Shown: piece after piece, positions 31,617-39,195 of the stretch
How the letters are laid out: each line of letters opens with the position of its first letter
How positions within the stretch are numbered: the stretch's first letter is position 1
IMG/VR virus record: IMGVR_UViG_3300028416_000485
DNA: 64,000 bases
Origin: a virus
Direction: 5' to 3' (one strand)
The notes under the pieces: model-generated
Database searches by the model: none
What the model was told of the DNA's origin: nothing
What the model saw: only the letters and a program-made list of their open reading frames with translations
Made by a program: the position numbers and the translations under genes

Positions 31617-33256
31617 AAATAACTGTTGTAGGAAGTGGAACTGCTGGTAGTTTAACAAGTGCCTTCATAGCAAAAGAGTTTCCTAATGCAACAGTTGAAA
31701 TGATACACAGTGAAAAAGTTGGTATCATAGGTGTTGGTGAGAGTATTACACCACATTTACCCGGAATGCTTGGCGGACTAGGTGTAGATGAAAAACGTTT
31801 TATGCGTGAAACAGATGCTGTGTTTAAATACGGCAACAGCATGGAAGACTGGACAGATACCGCAGACGGTCCTGATGTATTGAGAATGTTTTACTGGAGT
31901 AACGGATTAGAAAAAGAAAATACTTGGGAAAATGTTACAAGCACTTTCCCAAATGAAATAAAAACAACTGATGTTTGGTTAGATGTATTCAAGAATGGAA
32001 GTGCGCCCGACTTAGATGTGTATCATCATAATGCCGAAGGGTATCAATACTGCAAGGATTTAAAAATGCCATTTGATGACGATGGCAACTACTTATTACC
32101 TGCTACTGCAACATATGCTTATCATATTGACGCAGAAAAAACATCTCCATGGATTAGAAAAAATGTTTGTAGTGTATACGGTGTAATAGAAACAATAGCC
32201 CATGTTGAAAAAGTAAATACCAACGACGAAGGTATTACCAGTGTTATACTAGACAACGGACGTGAAGTTACTAGTGACATTTGGATAGACTGTACTGGAC
32301 TGTCTCGAGTTTTAATCGGCGAACTTACAAAAGATATGCACACTTACCAAGCAAACAAAGTAAACAGTGCATGGGTATGTCCTATCAACTATGAAGACAA
32401 AGAGTCCGAGCAAGTTAACTACACTAGAAGTATTAGACGAGACATGGGTTGGCAGTTTAGTATTGCGTTAACTAATAGAATAGGTACCGGATTAGTTTAC
32501 AGTGATGAATATTTTACAGACGAACAAGCATTAGAATATTGGCATAGTATTATTAAAGGAAGACAAATACGAGAGCCAAGAAAATTAAAATGGACGCCTG
32601 GAAGATTAAAAACTCCAAATGTAGGAAATACATTTGCTATTGGCATGGCAGCAGGATTTATTGATCCGTTAGAAGCCAATGCTGTTGTTAGTGCAATATC
32701 ATGCATGAAAAGACTTGCATGGATGCTACAACGTGACTACGACAAAGATTACTATAATCGCAAAGTTACATACTACTTTGACGATATAGCAGACTTTACA
32801 GCAGTTCATTATACATTGAGTAGACGTGGCGATAATCATTTTTGGCAAGACATGAGACGTATTGGACGTGAACTTGATCATAAAGGACTTGTTAAGAAAA
32901 AATATTACGAACAAGCAAACTGCATGGATAGTGTTGTAGGTTATGTTACAGCATTTCCAGATGTAAACTGGTTGGATATTGCCAACAACTGGGTACAAGA
33001 TTTAGATGATTGGCCTAGTAAGTCATCACCTGAACAACAGTCAGCATATATTCGCAGAGTACGTAATGAAAAGTTATTACACGAAATACATGCAAGTAAT
33101 AATAAAAAATCGATTGACATGTTTATGAAAATGTATAATAATGTTAATGAATACAACAAAGGCTTAAACAAATGGCCAACTGATTACTTTAGTAAGATGT
33201 TTGGTCAACAATATATTAACAGGCACATCAACAACTCAAAAAAGACACAAGTATAA
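31613..33256 (+). CDS. Flavin-dependent tryptophan-halogenase-like protein
   Basis: VVGSGTAG FAD loop, IGVGES, AVFKYG (catalytic Lys position), YAYHIDA, IDCTG, GFIDPLEA. AGGAG SD. Confidence 0.85.
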   Translation: MKITVVGSGTAGSLTSAFIAKEFPNATVEMIHSEKVGIIGVGESITPHLPGMLGGLGVDEKRFMRETDAVFKYGNSMEDWTDTADGPDVLRMFYWSNGLEKENTWENVTSTFPNEIKTTDVWLDVFKNGSAPDLDVYHHNAEGYQYCKDLKMPFDDDGNYLLPATATYAYHIDAEKTSPWIRKNVCSVYGVIETIAHVEKVNTNDEGITSVILDNGREVTSDIWIDCTGLSRVLIGELTKDMHTYQANKVNSAWVCPINYEDKESEQVNYTRSIRRDMGWQFSIALTNRIGTGLVYSDEYFTDEQALEYWHSIIKGRQIREPRKLKWTPGRLKTPNVGNTFAIGMAAGFIDPLEANAVVSAISCMKRLAWMLQRDYDKDYYNRKVTYYFDDIADFTAVHYTLSRRGDNHFWQDMRRIGRELDHKGLVKKKYYEQANCMDSVVGYVTAFPDVNWLDIANNWVQDLDDWPSKSSPEQQSAYIRRVRNEKLLHEIHASNNKKSIDMFMKMYNNVNEYNKGLNKWPTDYFSKMFGQQYINRHINNSKKTQV

Positions 33257-33277
33257 TGTATAAAATATAAACACTAT

Positions 33278-33733
33278 ATGAGTTGGACATACAAAGGTAA
33301 ACAGATAGAATCAATACCAGATGAGTACGAAGGATTTGTTTATCTTATTACTAACACTACTACAGGCCAAAAATATATAGGTAAAAAACTAGCAAAGTTT
33401 AAAACTACCAAGCCACCACTCAAAGGCAAGAAGAATAAACGTAGAGGCTACAAAGAAAGCGACTGGCAAACTTATTGGGGATCCAGTGATAGGCTTAATG
33501 CAGACGTAGCATCACTAGGCGAAGACAAGTTTACAAGAGAAATATTATACCTATGTAAAGGTAGGGGCGAAATGTCCTACATAGAGGCAAGAGAACAGTT
33601 TGATAGGCGTGTACTTGAAACAGATGAATACTACAACGGTATCATTAATGTTAGAGTAGGCGGATCGGATAAACTAAGACAAGCATTATTGGAACACCAT
33701 GTCAAGCAAAAAAAAGATACAACAAAGACTTGA
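33278..33733 (+). CDS. GIY-YIG family endonuclease (compact, Seg-like)
   Basis: GFVYLITN...KYIGKK, YWGSS, F.REIL, E..EQ, YYN motifs. Confidence 0.75.
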   Translation: MSWTYKGKQIESIPDEYEGFVYLITNTTTGQKYIGKKLAKFKTTKPPLKGKKNKRRGYKESDWQTYWGSSDRLNADVASLGEDKFTREILYLCKGRGEMSYIEAREQFDRRVLETDEYYNGIINVRVGGSDKLRQALLEHHVKQKKDTTKT

Positions 33734-33962
33734 ACAACTTGAGCGCAGTAGACAAACTAAGCGACAACGCTGGATAGAACAAAGTGAAGAACTTAGAGAG
33801 AAGACTGCAAATTACAAAGGCAAAGATACAAATCTAAACCTTAGTGAAAGACAAATTGATTCTTGGACAACTAAAAAAACTGGTATATCACCTACTCAAG
33901 GCAGTAAAGCAGATAAAAAAGCAGGCAGAACTAAAGGTAGATACCTTAAAGGCAAGCTATAA
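33699..33962 (+). CDS. Small highly basic hypothetical protein
   Basis: 87 aa, Lys/Arg-rich, overlaps the GIY-YIG 3' end by 35 nt. Confidence 0.45.
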   Translation: MSSKKKIQQRLEQLERSRQTKRQRWIEQSEELREKTANYKGKDTNLNLSERQIDSWTTKKTGISPTQGSKADKKAGRTKGRYLKGKL

Positions 33963-33971
33963 GGCAAAGCA

Positions 33972-34390
33972 TTCCAACACCTAAGGTTGGCGGGCCAGTT
34001 TATAATACCGCTGTGGAAAAAGCTCTCGTATAGAAGCACACGTAACATATTGATTGACACACCAGAGTGTGGAAGCCACCAAACAAATTGGGCTCACTGG
34101 TTGATATAGATTGTTTTGTTGGCAGTCGAAAAACACAAACACAGTACATAAAAACTCTTTAGCAATAGGAACGAAGCGAGAGGTAATGTATTATAAACTG
34201 CACATTAACTCAGTTAATGTACGTTTTATGTTACATATGTCGACGTAGGTTGGGAAAGGTCAGAGCCCATTGTACTTTGTGTATAAACAATAACCTACTT
34301 CCAATGTCTCGGCTGGATAAGACTCACATGAAGCTATCTTTGAGATTAGGTGGAACCGTAACAGGTTCCGTCTGACCAAAACAATCTACA
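33972..34390 (+). ncRNA. Large structured non-coding RNA candidate (multi-pseudoknot), family not recognised
   Basis: No ORF of 60 aa or more in the ~540-nt gap. Long-range complementarities 33996-34008/34188-34200 (13 bp), 34107-34118/34377-34388 (12 bp), 34089-34095/34263-34269, 34245-34251/34292-34298, plus local hairpins. G-U wobbles favour the + strand. Confidence 0.7.
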
Positions 34391-34401
34391 TGAAACTTAA
34401 A

Positions 34402-34483
34402 CATATCACATAAGTGATATGCTATTATTTTAATATGAAATGTGTTGAGTGCTAACGAAAACACAGTTGAACGTAGTTCAACT
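34402..34483. repeat. Cluster of short inverted repeats
   Basis: CATATCAC-ataa-GTGATATG (34402-34421), TGTGTT..AACACA (34441-34465), AGTTGAAC-gta-GTTCAACT (34465-34483). Confidence 0.7.
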
Positions 34484-34490
34484 TACATTA

Positions 34491-34498
34491 TATAAATA
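34491..34498 (+). promoter_or_regulatory. Late promoter, perfect TATAAATA
   Basis: Exact T4 late consensus upstream of 34523. Confidence 0.7.
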
Positions 34499-34522
34499 CA
34501 TTATGATAGTTGGAACAACTCT

Positions 34523-35902
34523 ATGAAACTAAGTGAAGTCACATTAAGAAAAACACATCTCATATTTGAAGATGATGCTGATACTCGTATGCCCGAGATT
34601 GATACCACTGCTGAGCTTAATGGTAAGACATACAAATGGCGTGGGCAAATGTGGACTGAGGTTAATCCTACCGGTGGTAATGGAAGGCCAGCGCCATCTG
34701 GAGTTGGTACGCAGCTAACAGCACAATGGAGAACAAGTAATCCAGTTCCCCGAGGTGTATTTAAACTAACTCCTGGTGTACAACAAGTTAGTAACAACAG
34801 GTTTATGGTAACCTTGCCGGATACAACAACTGTAGTTGAAACTGATAGCCTAGCCAATGCAAACGCTATACAACAAAGAGTTGACGAACTAGATGGCAAA
34901 ACTCCTAGACAAATTACAACAGCTATCGAAGCAGATACCAAAAGCGGTGCATTAAAGTCTACAAAGTTTACGAGAAGCTGGTCACTTGGCAGAGCTGTTC
35001 GAAACATGAATATTGCAGATTTCGAAAAGATGACAAGAGCAAGGAATAGTATTGTTGGAAAACTTCTTTCCAGTAGACTCTTTAGAATTGTTATAGGTTT
35101 TGCAGGCAATGCAGCTATGATAATAGGCATGTTTGCTGAAATTGAAAATGTACAGATAGAAATTGAAGAAGCTGAAGCAAACGGCGGTGACGTTCAGCGA
35201 TTACAAGATATTAAAAGTATACTAGTAGGACAGGCAATAGCGGCCTTTGCCGCTCAAGTAATAGCAATGCTTGCAAGAACAAGAACTGTAAAACTGCTAT
35301 TAACTCCATTAAGGGCTATAATTAGAGGCGGACAAGTAGCAACAGCACTTACCGGTGTTGGTGCACCTGCTGCATTTTTGAGTTTGATTGTTACTGAAGC
35401 ATTGTGGATAGTAATACCATTGATTTTAAGTACGTCAAGTGTACAACGTTGGATAGCTGAAATCATTGTTGATAGTACATTCAAAGATATTTTTGTCAGT
35501 ACAGGAAGAAGTGCAGTTGGAGTTGTAAATGCAGCTGATCAAATGCTTAATGGAAGATTTGGAACTGGAGCACTAGCTAAAGCATTAAACGGATTTGATC
35601 CAACTGAAACTGAAGGTGTTACAGGGGAGTACTACAGTGAGAGTGAATGGGCCAAGCTGGTTTTTGGCCCATTGTTGTTTCCACCAAACCAAGAAAGTAT
35701 GCTAGTTCCTTATATACCTAGCAGTAGAAGAAACGTATTGTTAGCAGGCACAATGGATCTTAATCCTATGGATGCTGATGATGTAACAAATGATGGAGAA
35801 GATGACACAGTGGATACATCTCCATCAGCTGGTGCTAATCCTGAAACTTCTAGCGATCCTGGAATGCCTATAAATCCTGATGCTCAAGCAGGACCGCAAT
35901 AA
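34523..35902 (+). CDS. Hypothetical late protein with hydrophobic (putative TM) helices and acidic tail
   Basis: 459 aa. Hydrophobic segments IVIGFAGNAAMIIGMF and APAAFLSLIVTEALWIVIPLIL. Late promoter upstream. Confidence 0.65.
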   Translation: MKLSEVTLRKTHLIFEDDADTRMPEIDTTAELNGKTYKWRGQMWTEVNPTGGNGRPAPSGVGTQLTAQWRTSNPVPRGVFKLTPGVQQVSNNRFMVTLPDTTTVVETDSLANANAIQQRVDELDGKTPRQITTAIEADTKSGALKSTKFTRSWSLGRAVRNMNIADFEKMTRARNSIVGKLLSSRLFRIVIGFAGNAAMIIGMFAEIENVQIEIEEAEANGGDVQRLQDIKSILVGQAIAAFAAQVIAMLARTRTVKLLLTPLRAIIRGGQVATALTGVGAPAAFLSLIVTEALWIVIPLILSTSSVQRWIAEIIVDSTFKDIFVSTGRSAVGVVNAADQMLNGRFGTGALAKALNGFDPTETEGVTGEYYSESEWAKLVFGPLLFPPNQESMLVPYIPSSRRNVLLAGTMDLNPMDADDVTNDGEDDTVDTSPSAGANPETSSDPGMPINPDAQAGPQ

Positions 35903-36142
35903 CTAAATCAACGGCATCTTTGAGTTTTTGGTATTTTCAATATTGTCTTTTATAATACTGGTAATAATATCGTGATCTTCTAAGTCAGTATCGTAAAGTA
36001 TTTGGTCAACTGAAATTCCGCCACGCATGTACCAACTAAGTCGATATGCGTTATCTTTTATTTGTTTGATATTATTTTCAAAATCTTTGGCTAACGAAAG
36101 TATATCAGAGTCTTCTAGGCTCGTTAGCCTTGTACGAAAAAA
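35903..36142 (-). CDS. gp51-like C-terminal extension of the hub chaperone, probably reached by -1 frameshift (or a 41-aa ORF from ATG at 36028)
   Basis: -1 frame open from the slippery T TTT TTC (36142-36136) to TAG at 35903: RTRLTSLEDSDILSLAKDFENNIKQIKDNAYRLSWYMRGGISVDQILY...KMPLI. Missing from the ORF track. Confidence 0.65.
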   Translation of the reverse strand, partial: FFRTRLTSLEDSDILSLAKDFENNIKQIKDNAYRLSWYMRGGISVDQILYDTDLEDHDIITSIIKDNIENTKNSKMPLI

Positions 36143-36963
36143 TCCGATGTATCCAATGATATTCTAACATCATCTTCATGGTCGCATTCGTTGCATTTTA
36201 TTGATTCAGGAGGAATACGCCATTCGTTGGTATTTTTTTCAATCAACTTTTTAAGTTCGTGAAACAACCCTACTTCGGCCTCGCCAAGGAAATCGTTTAT
36301 TTCTTCTCTATTAGTTTCAACTTCTCCATCTACTTCGACAGCAGAAACTTGATCAAGTATTGCTTGAGCAACTAAAATGTTTATTTTATCAATAACTTCT
36401 TGTATAAACTTTTCTTTTTCTTTTTCTTCATTGATCTTGCTAATATTTAGATTTAATGCACGTTGATATGCAGTTTGTTGTTTTTGTATATCAGTCCATG
36501 CCTTGTAGCTTAGTGGCTCAATATGTATAACAAAGTTTTCATAATGCAACTTATCTTCAAACTCTCTTGTTGAAAAGTAATCTAAATATTTTTGTAGTTC
36601 AACTTCGTATTGATTATCAGCACCGCATTTTTTACATTTAGATGAAACAGTCATAGTATCGCCATATGAAGACATTCTTATTGCTATAAGTATTGCATCA
36701 AGATCTAAAGTTTTAATAGCCCAAGGATCTATAATAGCTGGAATACAGCTACTAATGTTTTTTGCAGTTGCATCTCCGTTGATAAGTGCATCAGGGGTTT
36801 TAAATAATATTTCATCACTGGCTGTCATACTAAACACTGCGAGATTGGTATAGGTGTTCTCGGCTAATATTTTTTCATTATACCATTTTCCATTGCTAGG
36901 AATATTCAAATATAACTTAGGCTGTCTTCGATATTTTTTTAGCGGACTTTGTGTTTTTTCCAT
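36124..36963 (-). CDS. Baseplate hub assembly chaperone, gp26-like
   Basis: PKLYLNIPS.G, MTASDEIL, DLDAILIAIR..SYG, and two CxxC (CKKC, CNEC). Divergent from the tape measure gene. Confidence 0.7.
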   Translation of the reverse strand: MEKTQSPLKKYRRQPKLYLNIPSNGKWYNEKILAENTYTNLAVFSMTASDEILFKTPDALINGDATAKNISSCIPAIIDPWAIKTLDLDAILIAIRMSSYGDTMTVSSKCKKCGADNQYEVELQKYLDYFSTREFEDKLHYENFVIHIEPLSYKAWTDIQKQQTAYQRALNLNISKINEEKEKEKFIQEVIDKINILVAQAILDQVSAVEVDGEVETNREEINDFLGEAEVGLFHELKKLIEKNTNEWRIPPESIKCNECDHEDDVRISLDTSDFFVQG

Positions 36964-36977
36964 GGTTGTTCCTATAA

Positions 36978-37003
36978 GGTAAATACTACTAGCTATATTT
37001 ATT
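36978..37003. promoter_or_regulatory. Pair of opposed late promoters (GGTAAATA on +, 36978-36985; AATAAATA on -, 36996-37003)
   Basis: TAAATA cores on both strands in the 66-nt divergent gap between the gp26-like and tape-measure genes. Confidence 0.5.
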
Positions 37004-37029
37004 TTATAGTTAAGTAGGAGTTTAACGTT

Positions 37030-39195
37030 TTGGCAGAAGAAGTCACAGGCCCAGCAATTGGCAAGCTATTAGGCACCTTTACTGGTGCAGTAGGTGGTGC
37101 AACTAAGGCTGCTGTTGGTTTAGGTGGTGCCCTGCTGACTGGGCAACAAAATCTATCAGCTTATAGTGGTGCTATTGCAGCCAATACTGGATTGTTTGGA
37201 AAACAGCTCGGCGGCGTAATTGATGGATTGTCAAAGTTTGCCGACGCAAGCCTTATTGAATATCAGCAACTTACTAATTTAGGTGCTACATTTGGAAAAG
37301 AAATAAAAGATGTAAAAGTATCTGCTGCTGAACTTGGCTTGAGTGTTGAAGAAATGACAGGCTTTATAAAATCAAACTCTGAAGCATTGAGAGCATTTGG
37401 TGGTACAACTGATTTAGCTATGTCTCGATTTAAAGCATTATCGACTACTGTTCTTGATAGTGCAGAACTTGGTACTAAACTTCGTGCGTTAGGATATACA
37501 ACAACTGATATAAACAATAATCTTGCATTGTATGGTGAAATTAGTGATGCCAATAGTAGAAAAGATAGAGCAAGTGTAGAATCGCAAGCTCAAAGTGCTA
37601 AAGCATTAATGGTAGAACTTGATGGTCTATCAAAACTCACAGGTAAACAGCGTGATCAACTAGCTGACGAAATGAAAGAACGCAGACGCCAAGGTGATGT
37701 AAATGCATTTTTGTCAACAAAATCTGCCGAAGAGCAAACTGCATTTACTACTAAGTTAGTTGAACTACAAAACACACTAGGAAAAGATGCAGCTGATGCA
37801 TTTGTAGATGTTGCACTCAGAGGCGCACCTACTACTGAAAGCACAAGAAATGCATTACTTGCAATGGGCAACGGCGCTGACGACCTGTATGCTGCGGCTC
37901 AACAGTTTAACGCTGGTGATATTAGCAGTTTCCAAAACAGTCTAGAAGCAGCTACCGGTGCTGCAATGGATTATCAAGACACAGAACAGTTTAGACAAAC
38001 TGCAATACTTGGCGGGCTTTCTAACGTCTCGGGCGCATTTGCAGATGCAAGTGCTGCTGGATACAACTATAAAAATGCAATTGATAGTGTTGGTGACGGC
38101 ACTATGACAGCAGAACAAGCTAGAGAAACACTGAATACTCAAATACTAGCTGAGCAAGCTCGTCAGATGGAACAAACCACTGGTATATATGACAGTACGA
38201 TTGCTATACAAGAAAACTTACGTGAAATAACAACAACAGTAATGGAAACTACTATTCCTCACATTGAAAATGTTGCTGTTGCTGCATTAGAAAAAATATC
38301 AGAAGTTATGCCTAGTGCAGAAACTATTGCTAGTGAACTTGGCGGCGCCATCAACAACATATTCAATGCAGCCGAATCAATGGATAACAAAGAAGTATTT
38401 AGAAACGCTCTAGGGCCAACAGATGGCTTTATACAAGAAGGTACTGCTGCGGCAAATGCAAATGCAGAGGCTCTTGGTGCAACAGTTGAAGGTGCAGGTG
38501 CAACAACTGATGCTAATATTGAAGGCACCGCAACAACTACACAAGACGATGTAGAAGCAGCACGAGCAGAAGTAGCAGCAGCAAACGCAGCTTTAGATAC
38601 CTCTGTAGCAGAGTTAGCAACACTAACTGAACAAGGGCTTAATGCGCTAGATCCACCAGTTCGAGCAGCACGAGAAGCAGCCGAAGCCGCAGGAGCCAGA
38701 GTTGCAGAAGCTGAAACCAATTTAAGTGATACAATAGTAAACTCAATTGATGGATTAAGAGCAGTACAAGATTCAACCCTTGCTAAACTAGAAAGATACA
38801 AATCCGAGGGATCAAGTTACCGTGGAGGCTTTGCCGAAGGCGGTGAGATTGGTGCTAATGAATTTGGAATGGTAGGCGAAGCTGGACCTGAGTTTATTAG
38901 TGGACCAGCAAATGTTATGAGTGCTAACACCAGTATGGGTGTTATGCAAAATCTTATGAAAGGTATTAAAAGTCTTGATAGTAGTGTTCAAAACAATGGT
39001 GCAAATGGACAAAATACGATAAGTAATAATAATGTTGCAGAACAAATGAGTAATTTAATGACAAGTAAGTTTGATACAATGATACAACAGTTACAAACAC
39101 TTGTAACTATAGAATCATCCTCAGCAAGTGCGCAACAAAAAACATTTAGAGCTACAAAGAGTCTACAGGGCAATATGCTGAAAGGTACAATATGA
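37030..39195 (+). CDS. Tape measure protein-like
   Basis: Ala/Gly-rich helical protein with C-terminal FAEGG..G...MVGEAGPE motif typical of TMPs. TTG start with AGGAG SD. Confidence 0.65.
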   Translation: MAEEVTGPAIGKLLGTFTGAVGGATKAAVGLGGALLTGQQNLSAYSGAIAANTGLFGKQLGGVIDGLSKFADASLIEYQQLTNLGATFGKEIKDVKVSAAELGLSVEEMTGFIKSNSEALRAFGGTTDLAMSRFKALSTTVLDSAELGTKLRALGYTTTDINNNLALYGEISDANSRKDRASVESQAQSAKALMVELDGLSKLTGKQRDQLADEMKERRRQGDVNAFLSTKSAEEQTAFTTKLVELQNTLGKDAADAFVDVALRGAPTTESTRNALLAMGNGADDLYAAAQQFNAGDISSFQNSLEAATGAAMDYQDTEQFRQTAILGGLSNVSGAFADASAAGYNYKNAIDSVGDGTMTAEQARETLNTQILAEQARQMEQTTGIYDSTIAIQENLREITTTVMETTIPHIENVAVAALEKISEVMPSAETIASELGGAINNIFNAAESMDNKEVFRNALGPTDGFIQEGTAAANANAEALGATVEGAGATTDANIEGTATTTQDDVEAARAEVAAANAALDTSVAELATLTEQGLNALDPPVRAAREAAEAAGARVAEAETNLSDTIVNSIDGLRAVQDSTLAKLERYKSEGSSYRGGFAEGGEIGANEFGMVGEAGPEFISGPANVMSANTSMGVMQNLMKGIKSLDSSVQNNGANGQNTISNNNVAEQMSNLMTSKFDTMIQQLQTLVTIESSSASAQQKTFRATKSLQGNMLKGTI

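Noticed and set aside
33690-33984. Idea that the 87-aa ORF was inserted into the GIY-YIG 3' end, leaving a KAKHSNT-stop remnant
   Set aside because: No target duplication or terminal repeats visible; cannot be supported without homologues.
34001-34006. TATAAT as a sigma70 -10 element
   Set aside because: No -35 or extended -10 at the right spacing; it is part of the 13-bp complementary segment.
33963-34490. RNase P, tmRNA or group I/II intron identity for the large ncRNA
   Set aside because: No GGAAAGUCC P4 pair, no tRNA-like ends or tag ORF, no recognisable P7 or domain V consensus, and it does not visibly interrupt a gene.
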